Shown here: positions 1 to 9,465 of the stretch, piece after piece | Layout: each line of letters begins with the position of its first letter | Position numbering within the stretch: position 1 is the stretch's first letter | Source of the DNA: Azolla caroliniana | Lineage: Eukaryota > Plantae > Polypodiophyta | Direction of reading: 5' to 3' | NCBI GenBank assembly: GCA_043228905.1 | Contig: JBHGNT010000015.1 | Span: forward strand, 8,184,001-8,248,000 | DNA length: 64,000 nucleotides | The notes under the pieces: model-generated | Databases searched by the model: none | The model's input: the letters and a program-made list of their open reading frames with translations, nothing else | Told to the model about the DNA's origin: nothing | Position numbers and translations under genes: made by a program

Positions 1-3000
1 GTTCGGGCTTACCGGAGCCGAATCGGAGGCACACGTTTGCCGCGCCCTTCAAGTATCAGAGTATCTACTTGGCCGCGTCCCAGTGCTCTTTGCCGGGATT
101 GCTCATGTACCGGCTCACCACTCCGACTGCATATCCTATGTCCGGTCTTGTACACACCATTGCGTACATCAAGCTTCCGACGGCAGAGGCATATGGTACT
201 TTCATCATGTCCTCCTTCTCAGCCTTTGTCTTGGGGATTTGCTTGCTGGACAGCTTGCAGTTTGCTGGGAGGGTTGACCCGACCGGTCTTGCTTCCGACA
301 TGTTGAACCGGTGAAGCACCTTTGTCACGTACTTCTCCTGTGACAGCCACAACTGCTTCTTCTTCCGGTCCCGGATGATGTGCATCCCTAGTATTTGCCT
401 CGCCGGACCCAGGTCCTTCATTGAGAAGGTTCGGTGAAGCGCTTTCTTCAGCATCCATATCTTGACCTGGTCCCGTCCGACGATCAACATGTCGTCCACG
501 TACAGGAGGAGTATTAGAAAGTCTCCTCCTTCGAACTTCTTCACAAACACGCAGTGATCGGACTTCGTTTTGTGGTACCCTTCGTCGGTCATGAAAGAGT
601 CGAACTTCCCGTACCATTGCCGGGGAGCCTGCTTCAGTCCGTAAAGGCTCTTCTTCAACCGGCATACCAGGTGCTCCTTCCCTTTCTTCTCGAATCCTTC
701 CGGTTGCTGCATGTAGATCTCTTCTTCGAGGTCACCGTGAAGGAATGCCGTCTTCACGTCCATCTGTTCTACCTCGAGGTCCATGCTTGCCGCTATGCTC
801 AGCACCGTCCGGATGGAGGTCATCTTCACTACCGGGGCAAATATCTCGTCGAAGTCGACGCCCTTCTTCTGCTGGAACCCCTTCACCACGATCCTGGCTT
901 TGTATCTCGGGGGGTTTCCGGCATCTCCCGGTTTCAGCTTGAACACCCACTTGTTTCGAAGTGCCCGCTTTCCTTTCGGCTACTCCACAAGTTCATATGT
1001 GTGGTTCTCATGCAGGGAATCCATTTCCTCCTGCATGGCACTTAACCACCTGCGGCTATGGGTGTCAAGCTTTGCTTCTTCAAAACTCTCCGGCTCCCCC
1101 TCGTCGGTTAGCAGCACGTGCTCTGGTTCCGGAAATCTCCGGGGGGCCCTTCTCTCTCTTAGAGGATATCTCCGTTCCGGAGCTTCGGTAACCGGCTCCT
1201 CCGTTTCCTCTTCATCCGAATCCATTTCAGGATCGGAGCCGGTTCCGGTATCAGTTTCATCTTCCTCGGCCGGTTCTGTTTCTTCACCGTCTTCGGCCGG
1301 ATCCTCGAGTGCTAACCGGTCCCTTGCCGGTCGGGACTGCTCCTCGTAGAGTTGATCCTCACCGGTCGACTTGGAGCTCTTCATCTTCTTCTCCGACTCC
1401 CAGTCGGCGAGTGTCTTGTCCTCCATGAAGATGATATCACGACTCCGGAATATCTTTTTGTCGACCGGGTCCCATACTCGGTAGCCGAACTCGTCATCGC
1501 CGTAACCGAGGAATATGCATGGCCGGGTCTTTGGATCTAGCTTTCCTCTCCGGTCCTTTGCCACATGCACATATGCGAGACACCCGAACACCTTCAGATG
1601 CCGGTAGGATACTTCCCTACCGGTCCACACTCTCTGCGGCGTGTCTCCGTCCAAAGGTACTGAGGGTGATCTGTTTATCACGTATGTCGCCGTCGACATT
1701 GCCTCAGCCCAAAACCCCTTGGGTAATTTCGCATGCGCCAGCATACTCCGGACCCTCTCCATTATGGTCCGGTTCATCCTCTCGGCCAGCCCGTTCAGTT
1801 CCGGCGTCTTCGGCACAGTAAACTCGAGCCGGATTCCCTTCGAGCGACAGTACTCCTTGAACTGCCCCCGGTATTCCCCTCCGTTATCTGCTCGTATCGC
1901 TTTCAGCTTCTTGCCGGATTCCCTTTCCACTCTCGCGTGGAGTTCTTTGAAGACGCACAACACTTGGTCCTTTGTCTTCAACGGTGCCGTCCACAGCTTC
2001 CGGCTGTGGTCATCAATGAATGTCACGAAGTACTGAGCTCCGCCATGTGACTTCGTTTCTACTTGACACACGTCAGTGTGCACCAACTCCAATGGTGCGC
2101 TACGTCTCGTCGGTGGCCTTGAGTGGAAGGAGGTTCGGTTCTGCTTACCGGCCAGGCAATCGGTGCACTTCTCCAGGTGCACATGCTTCACTGGAATAAG
2201 GTTGTCTTCTGCAAACCTCTTCATCCCCTTCTCACTCATGTGGCACAGTCTCTTGTGCCACAGCTCACCGGCAGTGTCGGCTGCCACGTTCAACTCCTCC
2301 GGACACAACCAGGCATTCATAAGGTACAGTGTGTTGACTTTCCGGGCCCGAGCCACTATCAGGCTCCCCTTGCTGAACTTCATTACGCAGTTCCGGATGC
2401 TACCTGTGTAGCCTTCATCGTCTAGCCTCCCGGCCGAAATCAGGTTCAATCGAACCTCCGGAACGTGTCGGACATCCTTCAGCAACATTTTGCATCCGGT
2501 CGAGGTTGTCAACCACACGTCTCCTATGCCGGCAATCCGGCACGTACCTTCATTTCCCATCCGAACACAGCCATGCTCACCGGCTGTGTAGGATGAGAAG
2601 TATCTCCTTTCCGGGGTCAGGTGGAACGAAGCTCCGGAATCGACCACCCAGGTAGTCTCATCGCCGGCAATGTTTAGTTCACCTTCTTCGGTGATGAGCA
2701 TGATCTCCTCTTCACTTGCCGCGAGTGTCGTCGTTCCTTTCCGGTCCTGCCCTCGCCGATCCGAACCATTCCGGTCCGTGGTTCCCCGGTAAGCACCGTT
2801 CCGTTCCGAAGACTTCTTCGAATCGGTGTCGTCGGTTCCGTTGTCTTTTCGGTAATGCCGACAATTTTTCCGGAAGTGCCCCGGCTTCCCACAGTGGAAG
2901 CATGTGGGCCTTCCTCTTGACTGTGATCGGGTCCCCGACTTCTCCCGTCTTTGCGGACTCCGGTTCCGTTGTCTTCCCCGATCCGATTCGGTAAGCAACA

Positions 3001-3598
3001 TCTTCAGATCGGAGGCCGGTTCTTTATCTCTCCGACGCGCTTCTTCGTTCAAAATGCTTGTCTTTACCGTTTGTAGAGACAAGTTATCTTCGGTGCAGGA
3101 GGTGCTGAGAGTCACCACCAAGTTCTCCCAGCTTTCCGGCAATGTACACATCAGAATGATGGCTTGCATTGCATCCTCCAACGGGAACTTGATCGCCGCA
3201 AGCTGGTTCACAAATCCCATGAACGTGCTTACGTGTTCCACCATATTCTCGCCGTCCCGGTACTTGAGGTTCACTATCTTCCTCATCAGGGAGGTCCGGT
3301 TCAACGCATTCTTCCTCTCGTAGAGGCCCGACAGCTTCTGCCACATCTCATATGCGTTGGTGTCGTTCGCCACATGTTGCAGAACGCTCACGTCGACGTA
3401 TTGCCGAATGGTTGCAACGGCTTTCCGGTTCAGAAGCCTCCATTCCATCTCAAGTACCCCCTTGGGTATTTCCGACCTGTCGATCGGTTCATACAGGTCC
3501 CGAACAATGAGCAGATCCTCCATCTTTATCTTCCAGTCGGTGTAGTTCTGCGCATTCAGCACCATCATCCCCGGCTGCCCGCTGCTGCCGCCTTCCAT
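1..3598 (-). pseudogene. copia gag-pol polyprotein with two in-frame TAG stops (~980 and ~65)
   Basis: ORFs 980..3607 and 65..946 are in the same frame. Motifs: CFHCGKPGHFRKNC zinc knuckle, WVVDSGAS protease, LWHKRLCH/HTDVC/NGLAERMNRT integrase, QMDVKTAFLHG and LLYVDDM RT. Confidence 0.93.
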
Positions 3599-3614
3599 TT
3601 TCTGCACTGCAGTC

Positions 3615-3626
3615 GCTCTGATACCC
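3615..3626 (-). promoter_or_regulatory. primer binding site, tRNA-Met(i) type
   Basis: Minus strand reads GGGTATCAGAGC (canonical TGGTATCAGAGC), 3 nt from the LTR end. Confidence 0.85.
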
Positions 3627-3629
3627 GAT

Positions 3630-4286
3630 TGTTAGAAAATCGACGCTTTCCAAAACCTTCACCACTCGGCCACAACCGAGGAAACACGAATCAATGCAAA
3701 AGTAAATCGAAAACACAGAGAGAGACTCGAATGCACAGGGTTTAGCGTGGAAAACCCTAGACGGGAAAAACCACGGGAGTGCAAGACTCCAACTATCACT
3801 ATACGCAGGGAATGTACAATGGCGAGCTGCAAGGCGACGACCTTGAGCTCGCTGTCCTCGCCACAGGCGGCGGGGCGGTATTACACAGAGGCGTCGACCT
3901 CTTCCTTTCTCTCTCTCTCACTCTCTCTCTCTCGGCTGCTCTCACTTCGCTCCCTCTCAGTGGAAAACAGAAAATGAGCAACAACAACAAACTGTTTGCC
4001 CTAAGTCATATTTATACATATATGACTTTCGGGCTATTTACAAATATAGCCTCGAGGGCCCTTGGCAAACATATTCACAGATATGTCCCCGCATCCGGAT
4101 CTCTCTCCGGGTACATTCGTCATCCGGCTCCGTAATCGGGTCTTCATCATCCGGTTCCGATACCGGGTCTTCATCATCCGGTTCCGTAACCGGGTCTTCA
4201 TCATCCGGTTCCGTAACCGGGTCTTCATCATCCGGTTCCGACACCGGGTACTCCTCATTCGGGTCTTCATTCCCGATTCCCGGACA
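3630..4286 (-). repeat. 5' LTR of copia-1
   Basis: Minus strand TGTCCGG...CTAACA termini, adjacent PBS, and similarity to the older LTR at 4686-5012/16729-16915. Confidence 0.88.
4118..4250. repeat. 27-bp tandem repeat (~5 copies) in LTR U3
   Basis: Unit CGGGTCTTCATCATCCGGTTCCGTAAC with minor variants. Confidence 0.92.
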
Positions 4287-6709
4287 TCTGAAGTGACAAC
4301 TAACGTCTCCAAACTATCCGGGAGGGAACCGAGCAGGAGCAACGCAAGTACCTCTTCGGTCAGAGCTACTTCAAGCAAGGTTGTTTGATTTATGAGCCCT
4401 TGGATTGCATTCATGTGCTCCGCCATGCTGGATTCGTCCTGGTACCGCAGTCTCGCTAACTTCCAGAATACCGAAACCAAATTTACGACGTTTTTACTCT
4501 CCAGCATGGTGCCGATTTTCTCCCGGAGCACATGAGCTTTACTTTCTTCATTAAAGTTGTTGTACATGCTCATGTTGATGAAGCACCGTATGTATGCCGT
4601 CTTCTTCATGTGCATCACCTCCCATGTCGTTGCATCAATCTTGTCCAGTTTCTTGTCCCCGAACTATACCGGTAGCCAAAGATCTTTGAACAAACTGAAA
4701 TGGAGATTGATGCACTTCTATAAGCAACAGAGAGGACACGAGATGTTTACATGGAAAACCCTAATAGGGAAAAACCACGAGAGCCCACGGATTCCAACTA
4801 TCACTATATGAGAAAAGAGTACAATAGAAGACTCTGAGGCAATGACCTCGAGCTCTGTATCTTCGCCAACCGGCGGTTACAATAGAAACTAGTCTAGCGT
4901 CTCTTCTCTCTCTCTCTCTCTATACAACAATGATACAACTAACAACATTCTTTCAAGTGATTGCCCTAAGTCATATTTATACTTATATGACTTTAAGACT
5001 ATTTACAAATATTGTCATGATATGGCAAGACTTGAACCCATGACCTTATAGTATATGGGTCAAGCTCTTAACCATCACACCATCTATTGTAATTTGTAGG
5101 ATATTATTTTCATTTATGTTTTATTATAAGAAATTAATGTATATTCCAGATTGCTCTGGAACATTCTAGAAGCTTCAGGACTACTCCTGAGAGCACTATA
5201 AAAGGAGGCACAAGGCATTGTTTTGAACCAAATTGGTTCAAACTGTCAGGAATAGTACTAAAACAGAGAGAGAATTAGTGCTGGAAAAAGGGAAGTACTA
5301 TTAGTACTAAGAGGACAAGACTGCATAAGACTCCCGAGAGAGGAAGAGAGAAGAGAAGAGAGAGAGATAGCGAGGATGAGAGAGAGAGAAAGAGATGATG
5401 ATAACAAAGGATATATTATGTGAAGAGTAAGTACAAAAAGGTGACCTTATTTAAGCCGCGGTAATCAATGACGAGACGAAGTGAGCCATCTTTCTTCTTG
5501 ATGAAGAAGATGGGTGCTCCGGCCGGAGATTTCGAATGACAAATAAACCTGCTTGCCAAGTTCTCCTCTATGTAGGCTCGAAGGACTTCTAACTCGGTGG
5601 GGTGACAAGTTGTAGATTGGTCCCCATGGTGGCTCTGCTCCTGGTTGTAAATCAATGGGACAATCGTAGGGACGATGATGAGGAAGAGTACCGGCTTTTA
5701 CCTTGTCAAATACGTCGGCATAAGGATGATATTTCGCCAAAAGTTGAACTAAGGATTCCTCCTTAATATTGCTGGAAGGATGTACTGATATGGCAAATAC
5801 GAACATTGCCTCCTTGTGTCCTTCTTCGCGTAGTTGACGTAGTGAAATGGTCGAAACTCGATGAGTATATTCTTGGGTTTGTCGATATCGGACTTCTCTT
5901 GTTCTCCAATCTATGTCTGGATTATGTAGTTCAAACCAAGGTAATCCCAAGACAATGGGATGCTCTGGACTACTAATTATATTAAATGATACTACACACA
6001 CAAAACTACCTAGGACAACCTGAATGGGTTCTGACTCTTCTACAATATTCCAGGAAGCAATGGGACGACCATCAATTACTACTACAGATGCGGGGCAAGG
6101 AAGTTTTCTTAAGGATATCTAAGAAGCTTGGGAAAAATTTCGATCCATGAAATAGGAATTGGCTCCGGAATCTAAAAGTGCTAGGACTTGTACTGGGGGA
6201 GTACTTTTAGTACTAACCATGACTTGGGCTAGGAACACATTGCTAACTTTCTTGGAGGGAATGGAACCACTAATGGGTTGTACAGATCTAGGGTTGTCCA
6301 ACCAAACGGCTCCTATTTTGGCTGGACTCAATCGTTTAACTCTTCATCTAATTGACTAAGGATTTCAAATTTGTTTGAGATACTTGGGCTATTAGTACTA
6401 TTAATACTATCAAACACTCCTAAGGGAAGAATTGACTCGGGTTTAGTACAGGCTACGATTTGATTTACCTGTCTTCTTGGCCTATGGGGACAATTGATTG
6501 CGATATGCCCTGGTCCACCGCAATAAAGACATAATCTATTTGCACGTCGTCGTTGCTTTTCTTCTTCCGATAACGGGCCACGTCGACGCATGGTGTCGAT
6601 CTCCATCAGTGTCGGAGTATTTGCTTGAGGTATGTCTCGTGCAAATGGTTTAGCCGCGACTAAGGCGTAAGTGGGCTCCGGCCTAGAGCGTGGTATTTGT
6701 AATTGACGT

Positions 6710-7544
6710 TGTCGTAGTGTATTTCGTACACTACGTGAAAAACTTATAAAGTACCGATTTAATAAATATGAATAAATAGTAGAAAATATAAAATATATAT
6801 AACATGCATAGGGCAAGATTCGAACCTTGCACCTCCATGTTAATAATGTAATGTCTTACCATTACACTAGCATTTCATTAGTATTCAAAAGTAGATGTTC
6901 CACATAGAAAGGTTAGTTCACCTAGGATAAACTTTAGTTAAAAGAAAAACGCATGTTAAAAGAAAAGGCTACTCATGCACATCTAGCGTGCATGAAGCTA
7001 TAGTTGATAATAATAATAATAAACGCACAAGTTAGAAAAAGCATGATCACTTTAGATAAAGCATATAGTCTATCTATAGGAAAAGCATGGAGTCTACAGT
7101 TAGAGGAAAAAAAAACATGGATTCCTAAGACTCCCTCATCACCATATAAGGATGGGGAGCACAATGTAATAGGTGTGAAAAATATTTGGGAAATTGGATA
7201 TATTTCCTAAAACATCAATTAATATAATCGTGGGATTCACGAAGTTTTATATAATCTATCTCTTTCAATCTAAATTCATATTCTTACATAAATATTGATT
7301 AATGTAATACTTGTGGGATTCACAAGGTTTGATCTCTTTTCTATTTCTACTCTAAACTATTCTAAACTATTTCAATTTATTACTATGATTAAGACAAACT
7401 AAAACAACTCTACTTGTGGGATTCACAAGCTTCTAATAATCTATACATAATTAAAATCGCCTAAAATTCTTCCTCTTCCTAGTCCATAACCCTAGTGGTT
7501 CCCACCCAACTCACGCAAACGATTTGGCGCCGAAAGGCACGACA
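6710..7544. mobile_element. AT-rich solo LTR (835 bp) inserted in chromovirus gag
   Basis: TGTCGT...ACGACA termini and 4-bp TSD ACGT. Removing it restores gag SERQLQ. Contains three TGGGATTCAC subrepeats. Confidence 0.85.
6803..6876 (-). other. tRNA-like module (Pol III A box and B box) inside the solo LTR
   Basis: Minus strand TAGTGTAATGG...GGTTCGAATC at tRNA spacing, with a GCAAG/CTTGC T-stem. No complete cloverleaf. Confidence 0.6.
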
Positions 7545-8989
7545 ACGTTCCGAATGCCGTTCGAAAAGGTGATTGTCGCATCGGACCGCTCGACTGATTG
7601 CCTCCGTAAGAGACTTTGGGTCTTCGGGGAAGGTTAGAAGTAGATCTTTGACATCGTTTCGCAAGCCGTAGCAAAACTGCTCCATTAGTGCTTGATCATC
7701 CCAAGGGATATCTGAAGCGAGTAGACGGAAATCCGCCCCGTAGGCAGAGGCTGGATGATCGCCTTGACGCAATCGTCGGATTTTGTTGATCGTCGTCCGG
7801 ATGTTGTCTATATCTCCAAAGCAAACTTTAAACTCACTAATAAAGTCTTCAAAGTTATTAAGTAAGGGCAATTGTTTTTCTAGAAGCGGAGCACACCATG
7901 CTAAGGCTGAGCCGCTAAGCAACGTGCCGATTAGGCCGACTCGAGATGCATCAGTGGGGTATCGAGATGGATGCATATGGATGACTAAGCGTACCTGATT
8001 AAGGAATCCCCTGAATTGTGATCGTGTTCCATCAAATTTCATAGGAAGTACAATCTTGGGCTCTTTATGAAATCCTTGTTGTTGTAACGCTGCTTCGAGT
8101 TGTTGTACTCGTAACGCTAACTCCCCATGTTGTTGTTGCGTTTGTTGTTTTTCGAGAGCGATTTGTTGCAGATCCCCTATCAACCGTTTGTTTTCTTGTT
8201 CCAAGGCAACAAATTTTTCTTTTAGACACTGTAGCTCGGAGAAAACGGATTGATATTCTTGGGCGCTAATAGTAGCCATAGTATAGGAAAAAGGGTAGGA
8301 GGATGAGGAAAAATGACAAGTAGACTTGAGGAAGAAAATTGGTTCAAACTGTGCTACAGTGGCAAATTCCACGGTCAGTACGAGATGTACAATGTTTTCT
8401 AGGTTTTGCTAACTTCTACCGCAAGTTTATACAAGATTACTCGAAGATTATTTTACCTCTCACACAACTTGCGAAGAAGGGACAAGCATTTATTTGGTCC
8501 AATGAAGCGGACATTGCTTTTCGGCATCTTAAGAAAGCCTTTACATCAGCACCTATTCTAGCTCATGTGGATACAAGCAAACCATTCATCATGGAGGCCG
8601 ACGCATCAGATTTCGCCCTCAGTAGCATCCTTTCTCAACAAGGAGATAAAGAAGAGTTATATCCTGTGGCTTTCCATTCGCGCAAATTCGATGTTGCGGA
8701 AATCAACTACGAAATACATGACAAGGAGTTATTAGCCATCGTGGATTCATTTGTGCAATGGCGGCATTTTTTGGAGGGCTCTCCACATCAGGTCATCGTC
8801 TTTAGTGATCACAAGAATCTTTCTTATTTCCAGAACGCTCGTGTGCTAAATCGACGGCAAGCTAAGTGGGCTCAATTCCTCACACGTTTTGATTTCAAAA
8901 TCGTATATCGATCGGGGAAGCAGCAAGAAAGACAGATTCACTATCACAGCGTTCATATCTTGCACCTCGTCCTGGTGATCCAGCATTGT

Positions 8990-9062
8990 CATGATATGGC
9001 AAGTCTCGAACCCATGACCTTATGCTACATGGGTCGAGATCTTACCATTAGACTATGTATTG
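8990..9062 (-). other. antisense tRNA-like A/B-box module at the chromovirus LTR 5' tip (also in LTRs at 5013, 14266, 16282, 23440)
   Basis: Minus strand TAGTCTAATGGTAAGA...GGGTTCGAG(A/T)CTTGCC, with the same spacing as tRNA internal promoters. Confidence 0.55.
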
Positions 9063-9405
9063 TAATACGAAAGATATTATTTTCATTTAAGTTTTATTAT
9101 AGGAAATTGATGTATATTCTAGAGTTCTCTAGAACATTCTAGAAACTTCAGGAGTACTCCTGACAACACTATAAAAGGAGGCACAAGGCATTATTTCGAA
9201 CCAAATCGGTTCAACGCCAGTCTTTAGCCTCATAGCCCTTTGTACTTACTTTTCCTATAATATATAATCTGTTATCATCATCTCTCTCTCTCCTCTTCTC
9301 TCTTCCTCTCTCGGGAGTCTTACACAGTCCCGTCCTCTTAGTACTAATAGTACTACCCTTCTCTAGTACTAATTCTCTCTCTGTTTTAGTACTATTCCTG
9401 ACAGT

Positions 9406-9416
9406 TTGAACCAATT
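9406..9416 (+). promoter_or_regulatory. non-tRNA (self-priming type) primer binding site
   Basis: TTGAACCAATT starts 2 nt after the 5' LTR and is complementary to LTR AAT(C/T)GGTTCAA (9204-9214), 34 nt downstream of TATAAAA (9170). Confidence 0.75.
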
Positions 9417-9465
9417 TTCTCTTCTCCCTTCATACTAACCTCTTATTCCTCTTTTCTTTCATCCC

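Larger units (their letters stand above)
1..4286 (-). mobile_element. Ty1/copia LTR retrotransposon (Tnt1/Tork-like), young, 3' end outside window
   Basis: Domain order gag-PR-IN-RT on the minus strand. 5' LTR 3630-4286 and a Met-type PBS are present. It is inserted into the gag of an older copia at 4287. Confidence 0.95.
5242..8352 (-). pseudogene. inverted R-U5 (5244-5441) and inverted gag-PR-RT N-terminus (5442-8352) of the outer chromovirus
   Basis: Minus-strand gag (KFDGTRSQFRGF; CLYCGGPGHIAINC), protease LLDSGA and [17 protein letters not shown] lie inside an element whose LTR tips, RNase H and integrase are on the plus strand. Confidence 0.88.

Noticed and set aside
980-982. programmed stop readthrough between IN and RT
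   Set aside because: TAG replaces a conserved Leu (TTG) in ELVELPKG and a second Trp>TAG occurs at ~65, so these are ordinary nonsense mutations.
4034-4618. 194-aa ORF with MMKTRLRN repeats
   Set aside because: It is a chimera of old gag read into the inserted LTR and its 27-bp repeat.
6803-6876. functional tRNA gene
   Set aside because: The acceptor and anticodon stems do not pair convincingly. It is kept only as a tRNA-like promoter module.
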